This document shows, one piece after another, positions 24,787 to 36,430 of a DNA stretch of 64,000 bases. The stretch comes from Camelus dromedarius. Lineage: Eukaryota. Made by a program: the position numbers and the translations under genes. The notes beneath the pieces are model-generated. The model was not told the origin of the DNA, searched no databases, and saw only the letters and a program-made list of their open reading frames with translations. The DNA lies in assembly GCF_036321535.1 (NCBI RefSeq), contig NC_087437.1, positions 93,250,001 through 93,314,000 on the forward strand. The letters run 5' to 3'. Position 1 is the first letter of the stretch. Every line of letters begins with the position of its first letter.

Positions 24787-26039
24787 GATAGATGCAGCTT
24801 TTCAATATCTGTTAAGGTGTAGGTGCCTTTGTAACATGTTTTGTAAGGTTTACCACTCTAGGTTGTCTTTGTTAATGGACTTTCAAGTGCAAGTATGCTG
24901 ACAGAGCCGTGGCTCTCGAGGCTTTGTCATAAGCACTCCCTTCCGTGTTTATGCTTTGCGTCTTGGAATTTGTATGGAAACATAACGATTGATCAAGAAA
25001 ATACTAATTTTCCTTTTAACAGTGATTCAAATGAGGAAACTAATAGGAAAAACGACTGATACTGATTTTAAAATGTGTTTTTGAGCATGAATAATCTGTT
25101 TTGCCACATTTAGTTGAAACATAAAGGCAAAAATGTGAAAGATCGGTAAACGTTACCCCAAGTTCTGTCAGCTTTCCTTGGGAATGGGACTTCCATCACG
25201 CTAAAGCCCTCGCTGCACGTGAAGCCTGTTCTCTAAGCTCAGTGAAATGTGACTGTGGGAACACTTGTTACTCTTTAATATCCCCCCCTTTATTTTTTAA
25301 TTATACCTCAATAAGGTTATGATTCAAAGCAATCTAAAAAGGGAATATTTTGAAGTAACTGGAAAATGCTGACATCTGTCTTATCCTTATTAATTAAACA
25401 GAATTCCTCAAGTGAGAAGCAAAAGCAAAGGTAACAGAGCGCACACCCATCATACTTTCTTTACCTGATAATCTTTATTTCATTTTTATCTGATAATCTT
25501 TATATTCAACTCCCTTTTAGAGTACGGCCAAGTTTAATTTCCATGACTTTTATATGCCAGTGCAGTTGCTTCTGAACTTGTGTATAAACTACCAAGTAAC
25601 AGGGCAATATAAACTAAATTGTTTTTTTTTTTTGAGGGGGAGGGAGCTCAATCTGATTTGCACATTTACATATTTCTTATCAGGAGGCTATACTCCAGGG
25701 TTAATATCCATGAAACCACCATCTATGTGTCATGTTTCTCTCCCATACCATTCTGAGGATGCTGTTTTCTCTTTCCTCCTGTATTCCAAACCTTGTGTAA
25801 TCTGTGATGATGCAATCTCAATTACAAAGGTAGTAGCACATTTCATTCAGACTTGACACTAATGGCTTCTGCTGGTTACTAACTGTTTGGGAATTGTGAA
25901 TGAAAAGTAGTTGCATATAAAGCAGAATCCTAAATAGTAATAATAGCTAAGATTTATTAAAGGCTGCACTTTGTGTTAGGTCCAGTGTAAATGTCTGAGA
26001 GTATGCTCTTTAGCAATACCCTAAGGTATAGTTCAGTGA

Positions 26040-27072
26040 CACTGTCTTCATTCCCATAATTTTAAATATCATGACTTCCAGATGTATACCTCCCACTTGG
26101 AGCTCTCCCCTGAACTCCAGGTATCTTAATTTTCTCCACACTTAGATGTCCTAGATGTTTAGTAAGCATCTGAAAACTATATACCCATCACAGAACTCTT
26201 GATCTTTCCTTTAAAGGTAGTTCTTCCTCTGATTCTCCATCTCAGTGAATGGCAACTCCATTCTTTCTCTGGCCCATCATGGGGTCATCCTTGATTCTTC
26301 TCTTCCTCTCACATTGCAAATCCAAATCACCAAAATATCCTATAGACTCTACCTTCAAAATCCAATCACTCTTCACCGCCTCCACTACTATACTCTTGGT
26401 GGAAGAATGGTAATGCCTCATGTTTATTTCTCATCCAGCTAATTGCAGTAGCATCCTAATTGGTCTTCGTGCCCTCCCCTCTTAAAACTTATCAGATCAT
26501 GTGAAATCTGTCACTGGGAATGCTCCAATGGCTTCTTTATATTTTTCACCCAGATTAAAAGTCAAATTATGTAGCATGATCTACTCAATTTAAAACCGTC
26601 AGTTTATTCCCTCCAAACCATGTCTTTATCTCTCTCACTTCTTCCTCTACTATGATTCTCCTTAATTGCTCAGTCTTGTCATGCTGGCTTTCTTACTGTT
26701 CATGGGACAAGCCAGGTACCAGTAATTAATTATCCCCAGGTGATTCCCAGGTGCTGCTCCCTCACCTCCTTCAGAATTCTGCTCACCTAACACAGTCATA
26801 GAGAGTAATTTCTTGACCACCCAAATTTAAGCTGAAACCTGTTACCCCGCCTCCATTGCTGTAGCCTTCTTCATGTACTGTCCTTGACTGTTTTCTCTCT
26901 GTTTTTCATTTTAACATCTAACATAATGTCTGCTTATTTGGCTTATTATCCATCTCCTTCCACTAGAATGTAAGTGCATGAGGACTGGGATTTTTGTGTT
27001 TATTCACAACTACTAGAGCAGTGCCTAGCATGTTACAGACTCTCAAAAAATCTTCAGTGACTGAGTGAATTG
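26040..27072 (+). mobile_element. L2 (L2a-type) LINE 3' ~1 kb, flanked on both sides by reverse MIR pieces
   Basis: Motifs ctctcccctgaactccag, ccatctcagtgaatggcaactccatt, gtcatccttgattcttctct and ccactagaatgtaag...cagtgcctagcatg...tgagtgaat. MIR-like pieces lie at ~25935-26030 and ~27078-27120. Confidence 0.9.
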
Positions 27073-27879
27073 ACGAGTTATTTTACAGTGGGTAAGCTGA
27101 GGCTGGGGGGGATGAAGTTATCTCATTTGTTGTCTTACCAATTTTCTATCCCTCACTCCCATGAGAACAAAGCTGGGTGACAGTGGGGATCTTCCTGTAT
27201 GTCCTCTGCTCCATACCCAGGGTGTAGAGTGTACCTGGTATGTCTCAGTGGAATGAATGATGCATTTCACTTTGTCCATGATGAGACTCAAAGACTGCGA
27301 CAACCATTTTCAAATCTTTGAAATAATTTTCATGTAACTGACGTCAATTTTAAGAGAATTTGTTTAGTTGTCTGTGTTCCAATTGGAGATTAGAGCACGT
27401 CAGAGGAGGAGTTTAGGCATTCTATCCAGTTGCTTCCAGAATGTTGAAGCTTGAGGCAAGTTTGGAAACTAAAAAGAGTTGAAGATTTGAACCTTCCTCA
27501 ATCTTGCCTCCCAGTCATTCTATAGAAAGAGATACATGAAGACCAGACAGATCAATATCCAAGGGCTGTTCTCTTATGGGAAATACTTTCTAATCTTTGC
27601 ACTGAATGCCACAGGTGGTGGTGATGAGGGCTGAGTGAATCTGGTGACAGATATGAGGGTATTTGAGCTGGTGGGATTAATTCCAGTGGGAATGGAGAGA
27701 AGGAGCTATTTAAGGATGTGAGAGTTGCTACTGGAAGTAAATGTAGGTAATCTAATTGACTTCTCAGCTTTTCCTAGAAGCACTTTAAAATGAACTTGTC
27801 TTTCTTTCTTGATGTAAATGAGGCATTTACCTGAAAGTCACAGAAAGGAGGACATTGGTCTCATTTGGTGGTGGTGGAT

Positions 27880-27912
27880 TGTGTGTGTGTGTTTGTATGT
27901 GTGTGTGTGTGT
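27880..27912. repeat. Interrupted (TG)n microsatellite
   Basis: tgtgtgtgtgtgtttgtatgtgtgtgtgtgtgt is directly visible. Confidence 0.9.
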
Positions 27913-30900
27913 TTAAGAAAGTTTCAGCACTGTGCTAATGTGTCTTATTAATACTTTATATTTTTCATATTATTTATTCATTATAAACTTTCCTTATACA
28001 TTTTCTGTATTTCTTTGAAATACATTTTATTTAATGATGGCACATATCTAAATGATAAACAAAAACACCCAAATACATTTGGCTTTCCTGTAAAATAAAT
28101 AATATGAATATAGGTCCAAAGCTTGAAATGGAGATATAAAGCTTTAGTCTTTGGAGGTATTTAATGTGTTCAAATGTTTTTAATATATTTAATGCTTTTA
28201 TGAACAATAAATAATAACTAAAAGCATTGATTTAGACTTGTGCCTTAATTAACAGAACATGTTTTCTGAAATTTTTAAACTTTTTGTTTTTCTTTTGGTT
28301 ATCTATATTAATTTTATTATATTCAAGCTTCTCTAATATTCTCACATTAAGCACTAGTCAAGAAAAGATGATTTACTAAAACAAGATGAGAAAATATAAA
28401 CCTAATAATGCAAGGAATTATGTCTCATTTCTCATTTCTTCAAGACTCCACCAAACATTGCTTTAAGGTAGATATGTAGGTAAAAAAAATCTGTATTTAT
28501 TGTGATTATTATAAATACTCTATATAGTATATATTTATTTTAAAATTTATATACATATATTATTAAATAATTTTAATGTTAGAGAGTGTGTGTGAAATAA
28601 TATATTTGCATGTATTATCAACTTGTTTAACAAGTACCTCAGAAGCAAATAGGTAAACAAATAATTAGAATTATAATTTGAAATCTTTTAAGTTCATAAA
28701 ACTTGGATGAGCAGAAAAAAATAGTAAATTCATATTTGATAATTAATATGTTTTTTAATACTAGAAGAACTAGTAATCCAATGACTTAAATTTCAAAGTT
28801 AGCTGTTGAAATAAAGTATACCAAAACATTCAGCTGTCCCTTATTTTTTGTAAGAGATTAAAAATTGTGAAAAGGTAACATTTAAAAATTCAAGTGACTG
28901 TTATTGATATACATAAGTAACATTTTTAATAATAACTTTTAGTGAAAGTGGACATATTTTTAGTGGTTTACATTATAATTATTTCAAATGTATTTTGATT
29001 ACACTTTGCTGGTGCCCTTTAAGAATTATTTTTTCCCTGGCTTCACTTCAAGTGAAATGTTATTTTTATCAGTGCAGTAAAACACTTTCAAAGCAATTAA
29101 GTTGCATTAATCCATCTACATTTTTGTAGCTGCAAGAGAAATCTTATTTGAGCAGAATGTCAGCCAATTCACAGCAATATTCATAATTTTCTTGGGACAT
29201 GAGTTATAGATATGGGCTTACCTAGAATGAATGTATGTTGTCCTGTGATAGCTGGGTAGTATCTCCACTGGAACCCATGTTTACTAAGTAAGCTGTTATT
29301 TGAAATAACATTTCCTCGTTATCTCAGGATAACACTGTAAATTATATGTATTATTCAGAATACTAAACAAATATTTTCAGGAGCTCATCAAGCACCTGAC
29401 TTACAGCTCTGAAATTGTCCCAATGTTACTCTGAGAACAAATCCTATTTGTGTATATATTATGAAATTAGATTACACCAAGCCCAGAAGGCAGATACAAT
29501 CATTCTTTGAACTGTACAATAAATCCTGCTGCTCTGAAAAGGTTGAAAGCCTATTTGCATTTGGCAGAGGTAATGAAACGCATCTTAATAGACTTAAATA
29601 TGCAGCTTTAATAAGTATCAACCAAATATAACCATTTCCTGGATGTGATCAAGTAGGCTCCTAACATTAGGCTTTATTTGTTTGGTTAGCTCTTGTTTAT
29701 TTTTCTTATTTGCACAGTAACAAATACGAAGCATTAGACATGTGGATGAATTGAACTTCAAAATTATTATCCCGTGAAAATAAACAAGAATCACTTGTTT
29801 AGTCAGCAAATACATGCTTAATAAAAAACTTCTGCTAAGCTTTACAGAAGATCTGCTGTTAGCTTCATAAGTGAAAATACCCCTTTCCCCAAGACTGTAA
29901 TCTCAGGAACAGAAAAGTGAAATGGAATCTGTGTTCCAAGGGGTTTGCATGATTACCTATAATTATGGAAAGTTTCTCTTGCCATAACAACTCTATCTAT
30001 GGATCGACATCTGTTTTCCTTTCAGCAGAAGTTGACATTGGGAAATATGTATTTTCTTCTTTTCAATTTTTCTGGAGAGTTTTAGAGCTTCAGATGGAAC
30101 CACTACTTAAAAAACACTCCCTTGCTCCACAGCAGATGAAGGGCAATTTGAGAACTAGTGTCCTTGCTTGACTCATCCTGTTTCAAATGGAAACCTTTAT
30201 CCAAACAGAAAGAGAGTCTGTCCTCACTCCAGAAATGGAGCTAGCAGATTTAACTGAGAAGCTTTGTATGCCGATTTGTTCTAAATATTGCTTAAGAAGC
30301 CTAAACACAATGGCATAAATAAAAATAAACGTCCTTCAGAATAACAAGAACATCATGTTCATCACACCTGGATTCATTCTCATCACAGCTGATGTCTAGA
30401 GGAATGATTAGAAATCATATAGACACTGATGAGGAGTGAGAGGAAGTTATTTAAAATTCTGCTGCACCTTGTGCTTAAAATATCTCCATTGGCTTAGAGT
30501 CACTCATAAACAATTTAGGAAACCATGTTTTTTTTTTTTAATCCTTAAAAAGCTTAATTTTATGAATATTTTAGATACATTTAGCCAGATTGAAATTTTT
30601 AAAAATGCAAGCATAACATTTCCTTCTCCATTTTACAACAGGTGTAACTGAAAAAAAAAAGTCAAAGAAAAACAAAAGATCAACAAATGTTTCCTAGAAA
30701 ATGTAGCTTTTTCTTAAAAAGACAACTTGCATGTTGGTCAATGATTGTTTTAGAGCATTGTTCTAATAACTAGGGCATAACTCTGTTTTTTAATGCTATA
30801 GCTAGATTATATATGTCAAACCCACAGTTATAAAACTGAAACTCAACACAAGGAAAGCACCTTGCAAATGCCTCTAAACTCATCCTTAATTGAACATGGA

Positions 30901-31963
30901 TGCAAAACGTTATCTCTTTGTTTGATGGTAAAGTATGAAACACAAATATGTAGCAGGTAGGAAAGCACATAGAGGGCTTGTTACCTGGTTGACTCCCATG
31001 TGTTAGATGTAGTCAAGGTTAGTCATTAACCAGACACCGAGATCATGACTTGACTTCACCCAAGTTCAAACATTTTCACTTTAACAACAATCTAAATTTG
31101 AATCACATCAGAATTACGTACTATTGGTCAATAAATAATAACAAATTATGAATGAATGAGAGAGAATAATCTTTGAATTAATAGCTAAACAATACAGGTT
31201 TGCAAGTAATTTACATCTGTCAGTGACTGATACTGGTTTGGCATGCACTTAATCACTAGTCCTTTTATGACTAATAGATAAACTCTTTGAGCTGCTCTTT
31301 GAGGTTCTTAAGAGGAAAAGTCTTTTCTATTTTCATTCTTAGTATTCTCCAGGCTGGCCACCCTCTCCTGCTGGTAGAGATAGTCTGATGGCTGTAACGC
31401 GTGCTATAAAACATTTTCTTGACAACAATGTTGGGTTGCATCACAATCTTTCTGTATTCCCTTAAGTCTCTATTCTGTTTTTTTTTTTCTTAACGAGAAG
31501 GTCTAACTGGGCTGCTGGTGTTGCTGATACCTTGCTCTTTTCACCATCCTGCTTCTGACTTTTCCATTAGTACAGATGTATCTTCTGCAACATTGCTGAA
31601 GAGGAGGCAAGCTGCTCTGTGTCACCCAGATACTGTAATTTGTCTTTTTGCCTGTCGACCTTTGTATTTTGAATGCTGGAATAATAAATCCTGACTTCAG
31701 TTTCTCTGTTATACACTGACTTCTAAGTTACTCAATGACCAGTGTTTCCATCTGCCTAAACATAGTTCTCATGCATCTCCTTTTGAGATGTGTGGCTTCA
31801 GGGTCAACAGGTTTATTATTTTTCTAGTCTTAAAGACCATTTTCTGTAGGATCTTTCAGTAATCCCATTGATCAGTTTGACTCAGGAAAAATGCATCATG
31901 TTGTCCACAGCCTTTCCTTTTCTCTCTAAAAAGTCTCTTTGAACACTTCTAAGTAATAGAACT

Positions 31964-32241
31964 CAGGATTTCTCAATGTGATTCCCAAAGATTACTCATA
32001 TTATATTAATGCCATAATAATCAGACGATAATATAGATCATGTTAATTGACATTACTGAATATTTTTTTCTGTGGTTAAACAATTTTGTGAAATGCTACA
32101 TTAAAACAAGTTAATCAGGGTTCTTTTTTTTAATCATAGAATTTCTCATTGTCTTCAAGATTTTTAAGTCCTCTGTGAATATCTGAAAACTTTTCCATAA
32201 AGAGCATCATGCATTTTTTAAAACAGGTTTTGAGAAATGTG
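31964..32241. mobile_element. hAT-Charlie (Charlie4-like) relic
   Basis: TIR-like ends caggatttctcaa and ttgagaaatgtg. The internal segment ggttaaacaattttgtgaaatgct...aaacaagttaatcaggg is Charlie-like. Confidence 0.5.
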
Positions 32242-32794
32242 TGCGTAATTTTCTTCCTGCTCTCGATTCCCCAGGAGTGACACAGAGAGGATGTTTATAT
32301 AGCTTGTTGTATCCAGCCTGTTCTTCTATCCCTAGACTGAAGAAAATATTCTGGCAGTGAGACATGATGGAAAATTAATCCCATTGTACATAAACATTGC
32401 ATTCTGTTTTGGATCTTGATCTCATGTCTTTCTTCATCAGCAGCCACACATTAATTCATATCCTGTCCCCTTTAACCACTGCCTTATATTTTGTGGGCGT
32501 GTCCTTTCCAGTGTGTCTTTGAGAAGCACGTGCACTACAACTCCTCCTTTGCATATTCATCCTGCAACATTTCAACAAGTGAACAATAAATGTTTGAGTT
32601 AAAAAGTTAATAATATTAAATGTTAAAATTTTAAACTAATAAGTAAAATTAAAATTAATTATTGAGTTATGCTTTTTTTTAAATGTAAAAACTCTTCCTA
32701 TGATTTCCTAAATTTTAAAACCTCTCCCCTTGGATTACTTCAATCCCTATTGATCTTTTGGGGAGGGCAATTGAGTAGTATGTGTTAAATTTTT

Positions 32795-33345
32795 ACAATG
32801 TGGGATTCTGAAAATGACCAAACAACAGGTTTACCCTCTTCCATAAGAACTATGAAACTTGGCAAAATATAGAAAGCAACTGTTTTAGGCATTGGGCAAA
32901 ATTTCGCATAGGAGTGTGATCCTTAGGAGAATGGAAACTCAGAAAATAAGCTCCACATTCACTCTGCTTTTGCCTGGAGGCACTTTTCAAACTGGTCCAG
33001 GAACGGGAGCACAAGGAGAGGTCAGCAGTCCCACTGGATCGGGAAGAACATGGATCAGTTCGAGCTGCTGAGGTAGGTATAATTTTCAGGGCAAGTTAGA
33101 GAGAATGGTGCAGAAACTAGCTTAAGGACCCCTCCAATCTTTGAATGAACTCTGAACTGTCACATTTCAAGATTCTAAGGGGCCTAGAAGAGAAAAGCTA
33201 CAGGGGCCTGTGAGCTGAACTAAGATTCTGTTAGTTGAACGGTAATTAAAGTGACTGGAGTTCTGGACGTGCAGAGCGGAGAGGCCTTGATGAACACACC
33301 AGCCATTTAGTTGAGGCTTCAGAAAGGCTACACCTCAAGGTAGCT
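32795..33345 (+). mobile_element. Old LINE-1 5'UTR fragment (L1MC/MD-type)
   Basis: Motifs tttaccctcttccataagaactatgaaacttggcaaaatatagaaagcaactgtttt and cagagcggagaggccttgatgaacacacc...cagaaaggctacacct resemble ancient L1 5' ends. Confidence 0.6.
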
Positions 33346-33785
33346 CTTGGTCATGTTTCTGGCTTACCATTTTAAAGCCCACAGTTGGGGTCACAAAGGA
33401 AATATCTAATCAGCATGACCAACCACCTGCATGCTCTGAATTCCTGAATCAGTTATGCAGGCTGACAGAACAACAGCAAGCCATCTTCCAGACTAACAGA
33501 TTTTATCAAACTCATGTGCCTAAAATATGAATGCACCACTTTTTCCCATACCAATTCTGAACCTTCCTTGTGTTCTCTTTTGATCTTCTTCTTAGTAAAA
33601 GAAATAATATTCTTGGTGACCACATTTGGCTCTTCCCTTTTACCCATGTCAAATGGTTACTAAGTTCTAATGATTTCATTTCCTCCATATATTTCAAATC
33701 TGTTACATTTTCTGCATCTGCCCTGAATAAGGGATCATTAACACCAAGATTATGGAGAGGGTCTTATTCTCTTGAACAACCAGTA

Positions 33786-34584
33786 CATTAAGAAAAGAAA
33801 CAAGGTCCTGAATGAACACTCTAACTTTATACCTCAAGGAACTATAAAAAGAAGAACAAACCAAGCCCAAATTTAGCAGATGGAAGGAAACAAGATCAGA
33901 GTATAAATAAATGAAATAGAGACAAAAAAAATAGAAAAGATCAATGAAACTAAGACCTGGTTTTTGGAAAAGATCAACACTATTGACAAAACTTTAGCTA
34001 AAGTAATAAGAAAGGAGAAAGAACTGAAATAATATCAAAAATGAAACCACTGAAATACAAAGGATCAAAAGAAACTACTGTAAACAATTTTATGCCGGCA
34101 AATTGGATACCCTAGAAGAAATGGATACATTCCAAAAAAGTATACAACCTACCAAGACTGAATCATGAAGAAATAATAAATCTGTACAGATCAGTGAGTA
34201 AGGAGATTGAACTACTTAATCAGAAACTTCCCAACAAAGAAAAACCCAGGACCAGATGGTTTCTAGCGTAAATTCTACCAAATGTTTAAGGACGAGTTAA
34301 CACCGACACTTCTGAAACTCCTCCAAAGTATTGAAGAGCAGGGAACCCACCCAAACTCATTTTATGAGTTCAGGATTACCCTGTTACCAAAGCCAGATAA
34401 GGATACTGCAAGAAAAGAAAATTATGGACCAATATCCCTGATGAATATAGATGTAAAAACTGTCAGCAAAATACTAGCAAATCAAACTCAGCAGCCTATT
34501 TAAAGGATTATACCCCATGATCAAGTGGGATTTCTTCCTGCCTGGGATGCAAGGATTGTTTAACATTTGCAAATCAAATGTGAT
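33786..34584 (+). mobile_element. LINE-1 ORF2 internal fragment (end of the endonuclease region to the start of RT)
   Basis: ORF 34282-34503 reads [67 protein letters not shown], which is classic L1 ORF2. Confidence 0.95.
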
Positions 34585-35878
34585 ATGGAGTGATGTCACC
34601 AAAATCAAGGAGTAGGAGGCTGCAGACTCTGTCCCCCAGCAAAGGTCAATAATTGGGCATCTACAAACAAAAGTAGCTCTGGGACAGCTTAGGAGTTCAT
34701 TTAGGAAACTACAGCAACATAGTGGCACAGAAGAACCTGAAAATAAAAGACGGTCAGGAAACACAACAGTAAGGAAAACATCTTTACTTTTGCCTGTATC
34801 ATCCCATCTCCCAGGCTGGCACTGCTCAGCACCAGGAAGGAACTCCTCTACTGGAAAGAGTCCCCCCCCCCCCCCTTTGCTGGAATGGGAGAATGGGGTG
34901 AACAACCAACTTCCCAGCCTTTCAGGGCAGTGCCTGAAGGATCTACTTCAGCTTCACCACACCCAGATACCTGCAAAGCTGAGACTTGAAGAGATGGCTT
35001 GGGACAAGGAAGATGGCAGGGGCTACCAGTATCAGGCACACTGTAGGAACAGCCTGCTGTGCAAGTATGAGATGCCAACCTAGATCCCCACCGCTGAAAC
35101 CCATTGCTGTGCTTGTGCGTGGGGCTAGTCCCTCCAGCGGTGCACCTGCATTATTTACAATGGCCCAAACAAGGAAACCACCTATGTGTTCATCAACGGA
35201 TGAATGGATAAAGAAAATGGTGTGTGTATGTGTATAATGGAATATTATTCAATTATTAAAAAAGAGTAAACCCTGTCACTTATAAGAACATAGTAGGATC
35301 TTGAGGGTATTATATACTAAGTGAAAAAAAATCACAGAGAGAAAGATAAATAATGTATAATCTTATTTATATGTGGAATTTAAAAGAGCCAAACTTGGGA
35401 GGGCATAGGGTATAGCTCAGTGGTAGAGTGTGTGCATAACCTACACTAGATCCTGGGTTCAGTCCCCAGTACTGCCATTAAAAAATAAAAACAAAAATAC
35501 AAAATACATAAATAAATAAACCTGACTTACTCCCCACCTCCCAAAAAAAGAACCAAACTCACAGAAACAGAAAATCGAATGGTGGTTTCCAGGGGCTAGG
35601 GTGAAATGGGAAGACATTGGTTATTGGGTATAAACTTCCAATTATAAGTTGAATAAGTTCTGAGGATCTACTGCACACTATGGTGACTATAGTTAACAAT
35701 AATGTGCTATGTACTTGAAAGTTGCCAAGAGAATAGATCTTAAATGTTCTCACCACACACACACATTCACAGATGCACACAAAGGTAATTATGTGAGGTG
35801 ACAGAGATGTATCATCACTTTGTGCACCTTACATTTATATGATGTTATATGTCACTTATATCTCAATGAGGCTAGACA
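34585..35878 (+). mobile_element. LINE-1 5'UTR-like segment (~34585-35140) joined to an L1MA-type 3' end (~35145-35878)
   Basis: The GC-richer start is gatgtcaccaaaatcaaggagtaggag..., followed by ccaggctggcactgctcagcaccagg. It then switches abruptly to gcattatttacaatggcccaaacaaggaaaccacc (ORF2 C-terminus ALFTMAQTRKPPMCSSTDEWIKKM) and the 3'UTR. Confidence 0.7.
35396..35545 (+). mobile_element. Camelid vic-1-type SINE nested in an L1 3'UTR
   Basis: gggtatagctcagtggtagag...tcctgggttcagtccccagtac. The TSD copies are aaaagagccaaact (35382-35395) and aaaagaaccaaact (35546-35559), with one mismatch. Confidence 0.92.
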
Positions 35879-35914
35879 AAAAGAGGAAAGAATCTTATAA
35901 TGGAATTTCCTGAT

Positions 35915-36430
35915 TTCAGAATTGCTGCCTTCCAAACCATTTTCAACATTTTACCAGAAGTATTGGAAATGCAATGTCCTCGCTTAAAATCCCTTGATGT
36001 TTCCTCAGTGGTCTATGGGAAAAGTATACATTTCCAAGCATGACCTTCAAGATGCTACATGACACAGAACCAGCCTAACTCCCTAAACCTTTTCTGTTGC
36101 TACACCATATTTGTTCTGTAAAACTCAGTCTCTGAAATGCATCTTTCTTTCTCTCTGTTTCTCTCTCTTCCCCTTTCAGTCTCCAGAAGCAGCTTTATCT
36201 GCACTGAAAGGCTTCCTCATACCCTATCCCTTTGTCTAGGCTGCCTCCCTCATGTTTTCCAACGAGCAATTCATGTTTTATGGTCTCTGGGATGCCTTTC
36301 TTTTGACATCATACGTATCATTTGCTGTGTTAAACAAGTGAACGGAAACCGTCATCTTAGTTTCCTCACACATAAAATAGGAATGACAGTAATGAGGATA
36401 AATTAATGAACTGGTAATTATAAGACATGT
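35915..36430 (+). mobile_element. L2 fragment followed by a MIR fragment
   Basis: ctcgcttaaaatcccttgatgtttcctcagtgg...agcatgaccttcaagatgctacatga is L2-like. cttagtttcctcacacataaaataggaatgacagtaatgaggataaatt is MIR-like. Confidence 0.65.

Noticed and set aside
27922..27940. ttcagcac REST/NRSE left half-site (and a ggacagc right half near 55447)
   Set aside because: Only isolated half-sites are present; there is no complete RE1 element.
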